Below are positions 9,331 to 18,945 of a stretch of 64,000 bases of DNA, one piece after another; the first letter of the stretch is position 1; every line of letters starts with the position of its first letter. The notes beneath the pieces are model-generated. The model was given only the letters and a program-made list of their open reading frames with translations. It was not told the origin of the DNA and searched no databases. Position numbers and translations under genes: made by a program. The stretch comes from a virus (lineage: Duplodnaviria; Caudoviricetes), in IMG/VR virus record IMGVR_UViG_3300048629_000034, positions 49,116 to 113,115 of that record. The stretch is one strand, 5' to 3'.

Positions 9331-9465
9331 ATGAACCAATTTATATTAGTTTTGCTATTAATTATTTTTTTGGGATATATTTTATATATATTCATACCTG
9401 TACTAGTAATTGGATACATTATCTACCGAGTATATAAATACAACACACAATGCACTAAGGAATAA
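9331..9465 (+). CDS. small membrane protein (44 aa)
   Basis: AAGGA RBS; hydrophobic; below track cutoff. Confidence 0.6.
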   Translation: MNQFILVLLLIIFLGYILYIFIPVLVIGYIIYRVYKYNTQCTKE

Positions 9466-9468
9466 CAC

Positions 9469-9639
9469 ATGACAATGCTTAACCCAAACTTTAGACTATT
9501 AGTAAACACTATCGGATTAATTATCGTATTTTATATTATGACAATTATATCTGAATATTTTTTTTATTTATTAATCGGGATAGCCGCTTATTGGTTCTAC
9601 AATAATGCAAACACACCATCAGACCAGAGTAAGCTGTAA
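9469..9639 (+). CDS. small two-TM membrane protein (56 aa)
   Basis: AAGGA RBS; hydrophobic; below track cutoff. Confidence 0.6.
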   Translation: MTMLNPNFRLLVNTIGLIIVFYIMTIISEYFFYLLIGIAAYWFYNNANTPSDQSKL

Positions 9640-9641
9640 TC

Positions 9642-10091
9642 ATGGGACTAATAGCAGCAATAGTAATATTAGTAGCATTATTTGAATATTTCAGTAACCA
9701 TACAGACAATCAATACGATGACTACAAATTTACAGCAAGTAAAACTAAATGGTTCAATGAATTAGAAGACAAGAAAGACGAGTATAATGATAAATTATAT
9801 AATTCAACTAATAGTTCTACTCTCATGTACATATCAAAAGAAGACAAACGGGAGTATATGAAATCAAAAAGATGGAAGACACTTAAGCTACTAAAATATT
9901 ATGAAGTAAAAGAAAGATGCGAAATGTGTAACACTAAAGCAGAACCAAATGATCTCGAACTTCATCACAATACTTATGTATCATTAACAAATGAGCCTCT
10001 ATCTCATCTTAATTTGCTCTGCAGATCATGTCACCAAAGCATACATGATAAATACGGATATGATAGATCAACTCTATATCCAATCAATTAA
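9642..10091 (+). CDS. HNH endonuclease with N-terminal TM helix
   Basis: CEMC..LELHH..Y..LNLLCRSCHQSIH. Confidence 0.85.
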   Translation: MGLIAAIVILVALFEYFSNHTDNQYDDYKFTASKTKWFNELEDKKDEYNDKLYNSTNSSTLMYISKEDKREYMKSKRWKTLKLLKYYEVKERCEMCNTKAEPNDLELHHNTYVSLTNEPLSHLNLLCRSCHQSIHDKYGYDRSTLYPIN

Positions 10092-10262
10092 AAACAAACA
10101 AATAAACATAACGTAAATACAATAATCCACATATACAGAAACTATCCTTTCAAGATAATTTCCAAAAAATCCTTACAAATTTTTAACAAAATAAACAACA
10201 AACTCTGTATGTGTGGATCATTGTGTTTACAAACACTTATATTAATAACAAAGGAACCAACT

Positions 10263-10547
10263 ATGGTAAATAGTAAGACAGAAAACAAAATAGTAAAACT
10301 AGACGGTTGTGTATTAGGGCACCTTCAATCAAAAACACCACTTGATCTATATTATGAAACAATGATATGGGACATAGAAGACGACTTCTTAATGCATTTT
10401 GCTCTTATGGGGTTTACCAGCGAAGACCTAATAGAAGTAAATAGAATAGCTAAAGAATCAACTAAAGATGAAGCTATATCAAATATAATGCAAATGGCAG
10501 ATAGATGCAACTGTATGGGTCAAGCATATAAATTTCTTTGCCTATAA
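10263..10547 (+). CDS. hypothetical protein
   Basis: AAGGA RBS before ATG 10263. Confidence 0.7.
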   Translation: MVNSKTENKIVKLDGCVLGHLQSKTPLDLYYETMIWDIEDDFLMHFALMGFTSEDLIEVNRIAKESTKDEAISNIMQMADRCNCMGQAYKFLCL

Positions 10548-10571
10548 TTTTATAACAAAAGGAACCAAACT

Positions 10572-11102
10572 ATGAAACACATATTATCAATCTTACTACT
10601 AACTGTATCTTTATACGCAGTAACAGAGAAACAAGCACTTCAAGAATGGAGAAACTTTTCTCCTGATCAAATGAGAATTATGGTTAAAACTTGGAACTAC
10701 GGTAAGGAACATAACCTACCGTGGAGTTTGACAGCCATTGCTTGGAAAGAGAGTAAATTTGGTTTGGTATGTGTTCCATTAAAACCGAATAAATCATCGG
10801 ATTATGGCATAACTCAGATAAACTTAAATGAGTATTTTAGAAAAAATAAAATTCCAAACACAAGATGGAATAGATCAAAATATGCGACAATGTTTATTCG
10901 AGATGATGAAAAAGCACTTGAAGAAGCTGTTAATATACTAGAATACTATAACAGTATTCGACCAAAAGGATATGGTTGGAGATGGGTCTGGGCCCGATAC
11001 AATCAAGGTCACAACGTTGATTATGTTGGAAAAAAATATGCTCGTGATATCGCAACATATATCAGAGTAATGAAGAAAATTACAAAAGGAGAATATAAAT
11101 GA
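10572..11102 (+). CDS. secreted lytic transglycosylase (SLT/lysozyme-like)
   Basis: signal peptide; AWKESKFG, DYGITQIN, ARYNQG motifs. Confidence 0.8.
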   Translation: MKHILSILLLTVSLYAVTEKQALQEWRNFSPDQMRIMVKTWNYGKEHNLPWSLTAIAWKESKFGLVCVPLKPNKSSDYGITQINLNEYFRKNKIPNTRWNRSKYATMFIRDDEKALEEAVNILEYYNSIRPKGYGWRWVWARYNQGHNVDYVGKKYARDIATYIRVMKKITKGEYK

Positions 11103-11620
11103 AAAGACAATTGTTAGTTAAAGTTACGCAAGAAATATATGATGTTAGAAATAGAATAACTAAAGAGCTTAAATCTCTACCTAATGGGCAAAAGATGAGA
11201 AAATCATACATAGATACATTAGCAATGATGATGTCAGAAGTTGTATGTTTAGATGACTCTCTTGTGGATATGCATAATACATTCGAAAGTGACAAAGTTA
11301 TTGCATTTGATGTTGATGAAGAGATTATTGATAAAGCAAAATCAATAAAAGACTACGAAGGAATTAGCATATCAACTCAATACTCATTAGGAATAGTGGA
11401 ATTAAATAAATTAGATATGGATAGAATTATAGACATTATATATTCAACTATAATTAAAAAAGAAGAAGTTGAAGTGTGTGCAAACACTACATCTAATGAT
11501 GAAAACGATCAAGTATATATTGGTTCTACTAATTTAATAATAATATCAGATATGAAAGAAGCAACTAAACTTGTAGCAAGTTCGGACTATATTATTCATG
11601 GAGTATATATAGAGACATGA
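11099..11620 (+). CDS. hypothetical protein
   Basis: 173 aa, coupled to previous gene. Confidence 0.7.
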   Translation: MKRQLLVKVTQEIYDVRNRITKELKSLPNGQKMRKSYIDTLAMMMSEVVCLDDSLVDMHNTFESDKVIAFDVDEEIIDKAKSIKDYEGISISTQYSLGIVELNKLDMDRIIDIIYSTIIKKEEVEVCANTTSNDENDQVYIGSTNLIIISDMKEATKLVASSDYIIHGVYIET

Positions 11621-11848
11621 TTGTATTACAGAACCAACAATTAGAACAACAACAAATAAGGACCAAAGAATGACGCTAAACAAATTCATGAAGATAAACA
11701 TGGAGACACTAGAAGAGATATACTCTCTGAAACAACCATATAACCAGTTACCATTTAAACAATGGTGCGAAAATATATTTAACTATCCATCGGAAAAAGC
11801 TAAATCTTTCGCTGAAACAAATTTCAATATAGCATGGGGGGATAAGTA

Positions 11849-12052
11849 ATGTCAGTATTTAATTCACCACCATCTGCACCATTTCTTATAAATTTAATTG
11901 AGATATATTCTAATGAACAAAAAGAATATGCAATTCACTCAGAACCATACATAGTTTATACTAGAGTAATTAACGATCTATCTATGATACTAAATGAAAT
12001 ATACAAGGATGTAGGTGGATATGATGTGGAGGCAGTAATATGCGACAAGTAG
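11849..12052 (+). CDS. hypothetical protein
   Basis: ORF in co-oriented gene run. Confidence 0.5.
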   Translation: MSVFNSPPSAPFLINLIEIYSNEQKEYAIHSEPYIVYTRVINDLSMILNEIYKDVGGYDVEAVICDK

Positions 12053-12210
12053 TATTAGAATTTAACTCTGGAATCTTGACAGAATATTTTGCAAATACTG
12101 TAAGATTTCATGGTGAAATATCATCTGAATATTACAACAAATTAATTGATAGACTCGCTAATCTTGGCTATGATATAATCGAAAGACATGTGTAGAAAAA
12201 GGAAATATGA

Positions 12211-12423
12211 ATGGTAACAATGCATGACAAGGACAGCTTTGAATACAAACTTATGCTTGCAAGAAAAAGAAGAATGGCAGTTAGTAATTATTTATTAAGT
12301 GAAGATTTAGATGAATATGGCGAATACTCACACAAGAACTTAACTCGTCTTATTGAAAAAATAGACGCAGAGATAAAATATCTAAAGCCTATATGTATAG
12401 AAAGATATAGAAACAAAGTATAA
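12211..12423 (+). CDS. hypothetical protein
   Basis: AAGGA RBS. Confidence 0.55.
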   Translation: MVTMHDKDSFEYKLMLARKRRMAVSNYLLSEDLDEYGEYSHKNLTRLIEKIDAEIKYLKPICIERYRNKV

Positions 12424-12476
12424 GCTTAGTATTATTTATGTATTATATTGAAAAATAAACAATAAAAAGATAAATA

Positions 12477-12926
12477 ATGAATAGAGAATTAAAAGATCAA
12501 AGAACATATAAGATACTCATATTTAAGAAATTAATAGAGGATTTTATATCCCTAATTGATCCAGAAACCAAACACAAACTATATATAGAGTACACTAATG
12601 GTATTGATGAAAAAAACACAAACAATTTGTATGCACTGTCAAAGAAAATGAATTACCAAAACTGGTCTGAATATATACTATACTCAACCATGCTAGGTAG
12701 GATTTTAAATACAGAATTAACTCAATATCTACCTAAAGTTCTAACATTCGAGGAGATAGCACTACTCTGCAAGACTGGAACAAAGCAACGTGCAGAACAG
12801 TTAACAAAAGGTGCCATAGCGAAGATTAAACATAGTAAAAATTTTGACATATTATCGAATTTTAAATTGAGCTTTGAAACAAGGTACAATTGTGAACAGA
12901 TAAAAGACGTTGATGGCGAACATTAA
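12477..12926 (+). CDS. sigma70 region-4-like HTH protein
   Basis: LTFEEIA...TKQRAEQL..GAIAKIK resembles sigma region 4.2 (TLEEIG..TRERVRQIE..AL.KLR). Confidence 0.6.
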   Translation: MNRELKDQRTYKILIFKKLIEDFISLIDPETKHKLYIEYTNGIDEKNTNNLYALSKKMNYQNWSEYILYSTMLGRILNTELTQYLPKVLTFEEIALLCKTGTKQRAEQLTKGAIAKIKHSKNFDILSNFKLSFETRYNCEQIKDVDGEH

Positions 12927-13296
12927 CTAGTAGCGGGCGCAGTGGATATTACCCGACTATTAAACGTAATTTGTTTATTTTATTTTTCCAAAATATAGTA
13001 GATATGCGACAATTAATATCGACTACATTACAATTCTAATAGGCATTACAATTGTAAAACTCTCATGAACCAACAAAAAACTATAATAAGCAGTGTCTTT
13101 AGCTATTCAATACTTATTGTAGTTCTATTTTGGTTCATATTTTAAATACTCCATATAGACATGCACTCAATATCATACAAACATATAAAGGGGTGCCTTG
13201 TACTAAAATTGCTCCCTGATTTACTATCATAGAAATGCGCACTCTGATACGAGTGTATGTCTATATGGATCACTACAAATAACAAAGGAAATAAAA

Positions 13297-13821
13297 ATGT
13301 CAATATCATTAGCTAAACTTAGCAAATATGTAGGAGAAAATTCTAATTATTTTGCATCTATGAAAACAACATCAATTGAAAAGTTTAATTGGATCTTCTC
13401 GTTCGATACTAAGAACCAAATCACCTCAATAAACATGGCTAGAGACTTCCAGGAAGAAACTTTTAGAATGATATATGAACATTATAATTCGTTCTCTAAA
13501 GACACACACTATGGAACATGGTTAGGAAAGTGTGGTATATACTCAAATAATCTAGATCAACAGGCAAGAAATAGAATAATTTCAATATCAAGAGGGGAAG
13601 CATTATCTATGTTTGGACATAGGTGGAATTTTACGAAAAGCTGTTTAGAAGAAAGAAAACATATAGAAGCGAAAATAGATAATATTAGAAATAATATTTC
13701 AGTAGAAGGAACCAATATATCATTCAACATAAAGGAGTCGGATCAGAAACTAATTCTTTATGTATTATCCAATGCGATGGATGAATTGTCAATAGATATA
13801 CAAAAGGGAGAAAACAAATGA
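13297..13821 (+). CDS. hypothetical protein, paralog of next gene
   Basis: shared LA....NYF..MK...I.K.N....D motif with 13818-14198. Confidence 0.7.
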   Translation: MSISLAKLSKYVGENSNYFASMKTTSIEKFNWIFSFDTKNQITSINMARDFQEETFRMIYEHYNSFSKDTHYGTWLGKCGIYSNNLDQQARNRIISISRGEALSMFGHRWNFTKSCLEERKHIEAKIDNIRNNISVEGTNISFNIKESDQKLILYVLSNAMDELSIDIQKGENK

Positions 13822-14198
13822 CAGATAGAGAATTAGCGTTCAAATGTAATTTAGATGGAAACTACTTTACTATAATGAAATATAGCAATATAAATAAGTA
13901 TAATTATTTTACAAACAGAGATAAAAATAAATACAACTCTGTGATTAAAGCATCAGAGCGAATTGAAATAATGTATCTAGCTGCAGAAAAACTATATTAT
14001 ATGTTCGATTCTGAATATAAATTATCAAAATGGATGCAAAAACACAATATAACTAACGGTTTCAATCATCAATCTGGAAACAGTTTAGGGTTAAGCATAT
14101 TTAGAGTAAAGGATGATGGTTACTTTTCTACAAAATATCCGTTTATTATGAAGCTTGAGAAGATATATAAAGCAATGGAAAGTGAAAATATGCTATAA
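13818..14198 (+). CDS. hypothetical protein, paralog of previous gene
   Basis: same shared motif as 13297-13821. Confidence 0.7.
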   Translation: MTDRELAFKCNLDGNYFTIMKYSNINKYNYFTNRDKNKYNSVIKASERIEIMYLAAEKLYYMFDSEYKLSKWMQKHNITNGFNHQSGNSLGLSIFRVKDDGYFSTKYPFIMKLEKIYKAMESENML

Positions 14199-14521
14199 TA
14201 AAGCAATTATACGCACACAAAGTATTCATATTATCAAGCTTATCGGTTTATCGAAAAAGTACGGCGTAGCATCTCCGTTAAGATGCTAAAATAATTAAAA
14301 TTATGATTTTTACGAATGGTAAAAACAAAATAATTAAAGTTCAACTTTTAAAGAATAAAGTTCAATGTTTAATGATCATAAGTTTATAATTTTAAAGAAT
14401 AAAGTTTAACCTCTGTATAAATCTGGAATAAATAGCATAAGGAATTACTTTTCCTAGATAAAGCTACCAGCAGATAAGTTTGATAATGTGAATACATAAC
14501 TACAAATTAAAAGGAATTAAA

Positions 14522-15133
14522 ATGGAAAAAATAAGTTTAACGAGATTACTAGCAAAAATTAAAATGTATAATAAACGATTAGCTAAGGTACAATTTTCTC
14601 CAGCTTTGCTGGCTAAAGGAAATAAAGAATTAGTAGAATTATCAAAAGAAAATGAGACATGTTTAGATGAATTGACTTCATACACCTCTATTTATGATAA
14701 CACCAACAATTTAAAAATTGTATTGAATGATGCAAATAATACAACTAAATTTGATGCAGGTCCACTTGGAAAAATTAGTATTGCACAAGCGATTATTATT
14801 AAAAATAATGTTGATAAATTAGTAATTATTAATAACCAATTAAAAGGTGAGTTAGCAACAGCTCAATATCACAGGGACGAACATAATGAGAATTTAAATG
14901 CTAAAATTGAAAGATTAATGTCTTCGAAAGCATCATCTGGATCAAATGATAAAAAGTTTATTTCAGAAATTACTAATAGTTTAAATAGTATTGAAAAAGC
15001 TGCTATTGTAAATGAAGACAAAATTAAAGAAAAAATTGAAGAATTACAAAAAGATATTGATTTTATTAAGGATGAACTAGATATGTATTTATCTGAAGTT
15101 AATGCAAGTACTTTTGTTGAAGTTGAATCATGA
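14522..15133 (+). CDS. conserved coiled-coil protein (ISLTRLLAKIK...LSEVNASTFVEV family)
   Basis: 203 aa, AAGGA RBS; terminal motifs recognised from a widespread phage/bacterial hypothetical family. Confidence 0.65.
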   Translation: MEKISLTRLLAKIKMYNKRLAKVQFSPALLAKGNKELVELSKENETCLDELTSYTSIYDNTNNLKIVLNDANNTTKFDAGPLGKISIAQAIIIKNNVDKLVIINNQLKGELATAQYHRDEHNENLNAKIERLMSSKASSGSNDKKFISEITNSLNSIEKAAIVNEDKIKEKIEELQKDIDFIKDELDMYLSEVNASTFVEVES

Positions 15134-15360
15134 AAATAAAACAAACGAAATCGGACAATTATAAGTTAATATTAAGTAAACGTGAGTTATTATTATTACA
15201 AGAAATCTTAAATAACAGTGATGTAACATTAGATGAAGGTTTTGATTTATGCATCATAAATAATGAATTATGCCCAAACGAAAAATATGAAAATGTTATG
15301 TTAGCAGAGGAAAAATCTACACGAATGTGGAAACAAATTAAAAATATAACAAGCATATAA
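15130..15360 (+). CDS. hypothetical protein
   Basis: ATGA overlap with previous gene. Confidence 0.6.
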   Translation: MKIKQTKSDNYKLILSKRELLLLQEILNNSDVTLDEGFDLCIINNELCPNEKYENVMLAEEKSTRMWKQIKNITSI

Positions 15361-15727
15361 ATAAAAATGCTGCCCTGATATTCTCTAGGGTAGAATTGTT
15401 TCGAATGTGAATATTCGATGGACAATACCTGAGGCTGATGAAGTATAGGGACAGCCCATGACACGAGGTGAATCGATGAAACTGTGTCGTACTAGAGTTG
15501 CATATGACAGTATTTTAATACTAAGTCAGAGTGATGACTGTGTTATATGTTCTAGTAACTTAAATAAAAAGGATTATGTATGAGAAGTAATGAATGGCCA
15601 TCGTGCGATGAATTAAACGGTGTTGGTGGGATTTAATATTAATTAAGGATATTATTGATTCAATTATAGGAGCAATGTATTGTAATTGGATCTGTAGTAT
15701 TCTTAATTAATATTAAAAGGGCAATAA

Positions 15728-15988
15728 ATGAATCAAGTAAAATTAGAACATTTATCATCGAAAAATGATAATCAATATTTCTGGATGATTTCAAATGAAA
15801 ATCTTCAGACAAAAGTGATGCAATATCATAATAATGAATACACACCAAATGCTTATTTTGGTGACAATCAGTTATGGTGTCATGAAGATAATAATCAAGC
15901 GATGGATAAATATGATATTTTTGGACCATTATTACCACCAGAAAGAATGATTGAAAATTCTAAAAAAGAAAGGAAAATAAATGAGTAA
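15728..15988 (+). CDS. hypothetical protein
   Basis: AAGG RBS. Confidence 0.55.
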   Translation: MNQVKLEHLSSKNDNQYFWMISNENLQTKVMQYHNNEYTPNAYFGDNQLWCHEDNNQAMDKYDIFGPLLPPERMIENSKKERKINE

Positions 15989-16150
15989 TAATTTTAATAT
16001 TATATTTACTAGTATCGTGATGCCTACAGTGTTTATAGTGCTTGTGTTTACTAGTGAAACATCAGACTCTGATGATACGTTCTTAATATGTTCAACTTTA
16101 TGGGCTGTCACAGGGGTTATTATGGGGTTCATCGATAGAAATTTTGTAAA

Positions 16151-16348
16151 ATGATAAAAAATGAAAAATTCAAATTAACATTATTCATAATATACACAAT
16201 ATTATACGAATGTTTGATTTGGGGTCTTGTTGCAAGCTCAATTTATTACTTGGAATGGAGCGAATGGACTGTTGTCATTGGAATATTAATGTCAGGAGTC
16301 CAATTAGACCCATCTTATTTCGGACTTGATTATGAAATAAAGGAATAA
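16151..16348 (+). CDS. small membrane protein
   Basis: two hydrophobic segments. Confidence 0.55.
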   Translation: MIKNEKFKLTLFIIYTILYECLIWGLVASSIYYLEWSEWTVVIGILMSGVQLDPSYFGLDYEIKE

Positions 16349-16660
16349 TGTGGTACAATTAATTAACATTTTAGATATTTACATAATTGGATTTTTATTT
16401 ACTTTACTGTTTTTAGAAATAATTGTTGCCTGATATTTGTGCGTCACTCTGACCTAAACTGGAGACTAATCCACTGAAGTCTTTAAAGTCGCTGAGGTAA
16501 CCAATCCGTCATCCTATGGCTCATCCATATTAAAATTTTTGAAGTAGTGGGCGACTTCAAGCGAGCTACTACCATAAGCAGTGTAACAAACAGTTAGTCT
16601 CTACTAGAACGTATTGTACGGTCTATGTAAGCTAACCTTTTTATACATCTATAATTTGTG

Positions 16661-16747
16661 TGATCAAATAGCTCAATGGATAGAGCGCTCATAGTTCGCT
16701 TGCAAGCATTATGAGAGATTAGAGTTCGACTCTCGTTTGATCAACTA
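16661..16747 (+). tRNA. tRNA-like gene with enlarged anticodon loop (identity unassignable)
   Basis: acceptor TGATCAA/TTGATCA, D-arm GCTC-AATGGATA-GAGC, anticodon stem CTCAT/ATGAG around an 18-nt loop, GTTCGACTC T-loop; ends in CTA rather than CCA. Confidence 0.55.
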
Positions 16748-17187
16748 AAAGACAGGAGCCAGCAATGTAAGTATCAGTTTGATATGAATCACTGGAAACC
16801 CTACACTAGGGGAGATAGTCTTTAAAAATAAAATACAGTGAGTTAGTTACGGGATAAGCTCCGTACACGGTTGGATATTTTATACCAAGAATAGAAATAT
16901 TGCTATTAGTGAATTAGTAGTAAGTGTACATGTTGAAAGTTACACAATTCGCTAGACAGGTTACGCTTACCTGCCGACACCGACCCGTTGGTTTATATAA
17001 GACGACGGTCTATAAAAGAACCTTATTATTGTGTATTAGATTGATGCACGCGCAACTAATTGTGTGAATTTTAGAGGGAGAAGTCTAGCGAGACTTAACA
17101 CCAAAGAGTATCCTTGAGATCAATAAAAAAGCTAGTAGAGTCTAATCAACTTTATGTATTCGGTCTCCTTTTGTCGGAGGCCAGTAT

Positions 17188-17263
17188 AAACAGTATAGCG
17201 TAATGGTTGGCGTGCTGAGTTTGTCTCAGAGTTTATTGGTTCAAATCCAATTACTGTTTACCA
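17188..17263 (+). tRNA. atypical tRNA, Gln(TTG)-like, with shortened anticodon loop
   Basis: 8-bp acceptor AAACAGTA/TACTGTTT + A-CCA; T-arm ATTGG-TTCAAAT-CCAAT; anticodon arm CTGAG-TTTGT-CTCAG. Confidence 0.6.
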
Positions 17264-17269
17264 CTTTAA

Positions 17270-17343
17270 GCTTGTTTCGATTAATGGTAAATCAGCAGTC
17301 TGGTAGTTTGCAGCCGAGGGATCGATACCCTCAACAAGCCCCA
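17270..17343 (+). tRNA. atypical tRNA-Thr(GGT)
   Basis: acceptor GCTTGTT/AACAAGC + C-CCA; D-arm GATT/AATC; loop CTGGTAG; T-arm GAGGG-ATCGATA-CCCTC. Confidence 0.6.
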
Positions 17344-17508
17344 CATTAAAAATAAACACTGATGAAAGTTTATCGCGTACGACTAGATGCAAATCAGTCC
17401 TTTGTGCTACGATCAGAGACGGACATATTAATTTAAAGTAACTATTAGCAATGAAATAATTGTTACTTTTTATTAAACTTCAAATACAACAAATCAACAT
17501 ACAATCAC

Positions 17509-17856
17509 ATGAAAACAAAGGCAGACTCAATGAAATTAAATGTAATCAAAATATATTCTGATGGAGATTTCAAAGTACCAAACTCTATTACAATAGGATA
17601 CGACTCATACATAGTTACTACGAATGTAGAAGAAACATTATCTCAATTATTAATTGAAACAACACAATCCATTGATCCAACAAACTACAGAACAGAGTAT
17701 CTACCTGATTTAATAGCTTATTTCTTTAAATTAACAGGACCGATGTCTTCAGGAGTGGCATTGTCTGGAAATCACAGTATAGAATCAAAAGAAGTAGAAG
17801 TTAAATCGCATCAAGAAATTACAGACGCAATTAAATTAGTAAGTCAATTCATATAA
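17509..17856 (+). CDS. hypothetical protein
   Basis: 115 aa ORF. Confidence 0.65.
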   Translation: MKTKADSMKLNVIKIYSDGDFKVPNSITIGYDSYIVTTNVEETLSQLLIETTQSIDPTNYRTEYLPDLIAYFFKLTGPMSSGVALSGNHSIESKEVEVKSHQEITDAIKLVSQFI

Positions 17857-17975
17857 CAATCACAACATCAATTAATATATGCAAGTCTATATGTAATTAG
17901 ACTTATCCCTCTGAGAACCATATAGACTTACATATATTAATTAAACACATAATCAAAAGGAAGAAGGAGAACAAA

Positions 17976-18374
17976 ATGTACGCAATATTACATGCAGGAA
18001 AGAAAATTAAACATAATCAAAAGGAGATACACGAAATATTTCTATCTATCTTGAGTGGAGAAAATATCGAAGAAGAAGAGGCAAATAAAAATATAGCATT
18101 AGGTGATGAATTGGAACTAACCTTACTTGTGAATGAATTTTTCGAGACGAAAGAAGATGCAAAAAAATATCTTGATGAGTTTGGGAAAGATCTATCAATT
18201 AGAGCTACCTTAAAAGAATTGTCTGTAAATGGAACACCAACAATTAATCAATTGAACAAATTAAATATTGATGATAATGATACGATAGGCGGGCTAGCTG
18301 CTTTCATTATTGAAGTACCATTTATTGCATCATACACAACAACACTAGAAGAATTGAAGAACCACATAAACTAA
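17976..18374 (+). CDS. hypothetical protein
   Basis: AAGGAG RBS. Confidence 0.75.
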   Translation: MYAILHAGKKIKHNQKEIHEIFLSILSGENIEEEEANKNIALGDELELTLLVNEFFETKEDAKKYLDEFGKDLSIRATLKELSVNGTPTINQLNKLNIDDNDTIGGLAAFIIEVPFIASYTTTLEELKNHIN

Positions 18375-18386
18375 AAGGAGTAAAAG

Positions 18387-18935
18387 ATGAAAGATAAAAT
18401 ATGCAGAGATAAGCCATTAGATTTTGATTGTACACAAAAATTAGAAAATATTACAAAGGGAATGCATCTACAATCAATAGCAAACATAACAAGTGTTGTA
18501 TGTTTAGTTATCGACTGTAGAGGCGAATATAATATAGGTGCAGTATTGAACCACTTAACAACAGTTATGGGAAAAAAAATAAACTATTATTTTAATGCAT
18601 CTGAAATAATAGCATCAGAAGTAATAGGGATATATGCTCATGGTTTATTTCCAAGAGGGGATGATGATATGAATAAAATATCAGGAATAGAATATTTACA
18701 CAAATATGCATATACACATAATCCAGTGTCAATACAAAACAAGCATGTAGAAAAAACACTATTATCTCTAAAAAAAGAACAACTTCATGCACTTGGTCTC
18801 ACGAAAGAAGCCTTTGCTAAAAACATAAAAACTATAGATGGTACTCACAGGGAGTATTATAAAGGATACTCTGATGCAATGAAAAAAACATTTTCAAGTC
18901 TAGAACTAGCGCTTATTCAGGGAAAGCATCGATAA
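18387..18935 (+). CDS. hypothetical protein
   Basis: AAGGAG RBS. Confidence 0.75.
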   Translation: MKDKICRDKPLDFDCTQKLENITKGMHLQSIANITSVVCLVIDCRGEYNIGAVLNHLTTVMGKKINYYFNASEIIASEVIGIYAHGLFPRGDDDMNKISGIEYLHKYAYTHNPVSIQNKHVEKTLLSLKKEQLHALGLTKEAFAKNIKTIDGTHREYYKGYSDAMKKTFSSLELALIQGKHR

Positions 18936-18945
18936 AGGAAAAAGC

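Noticed and set aside
15436-15490. Hammerhead ribozyme (CTGATGA...GAAA), also near 17359
   Set aside because: Could not build stems I-III around the core; CTGA is itself sequestered in a simple hairpin
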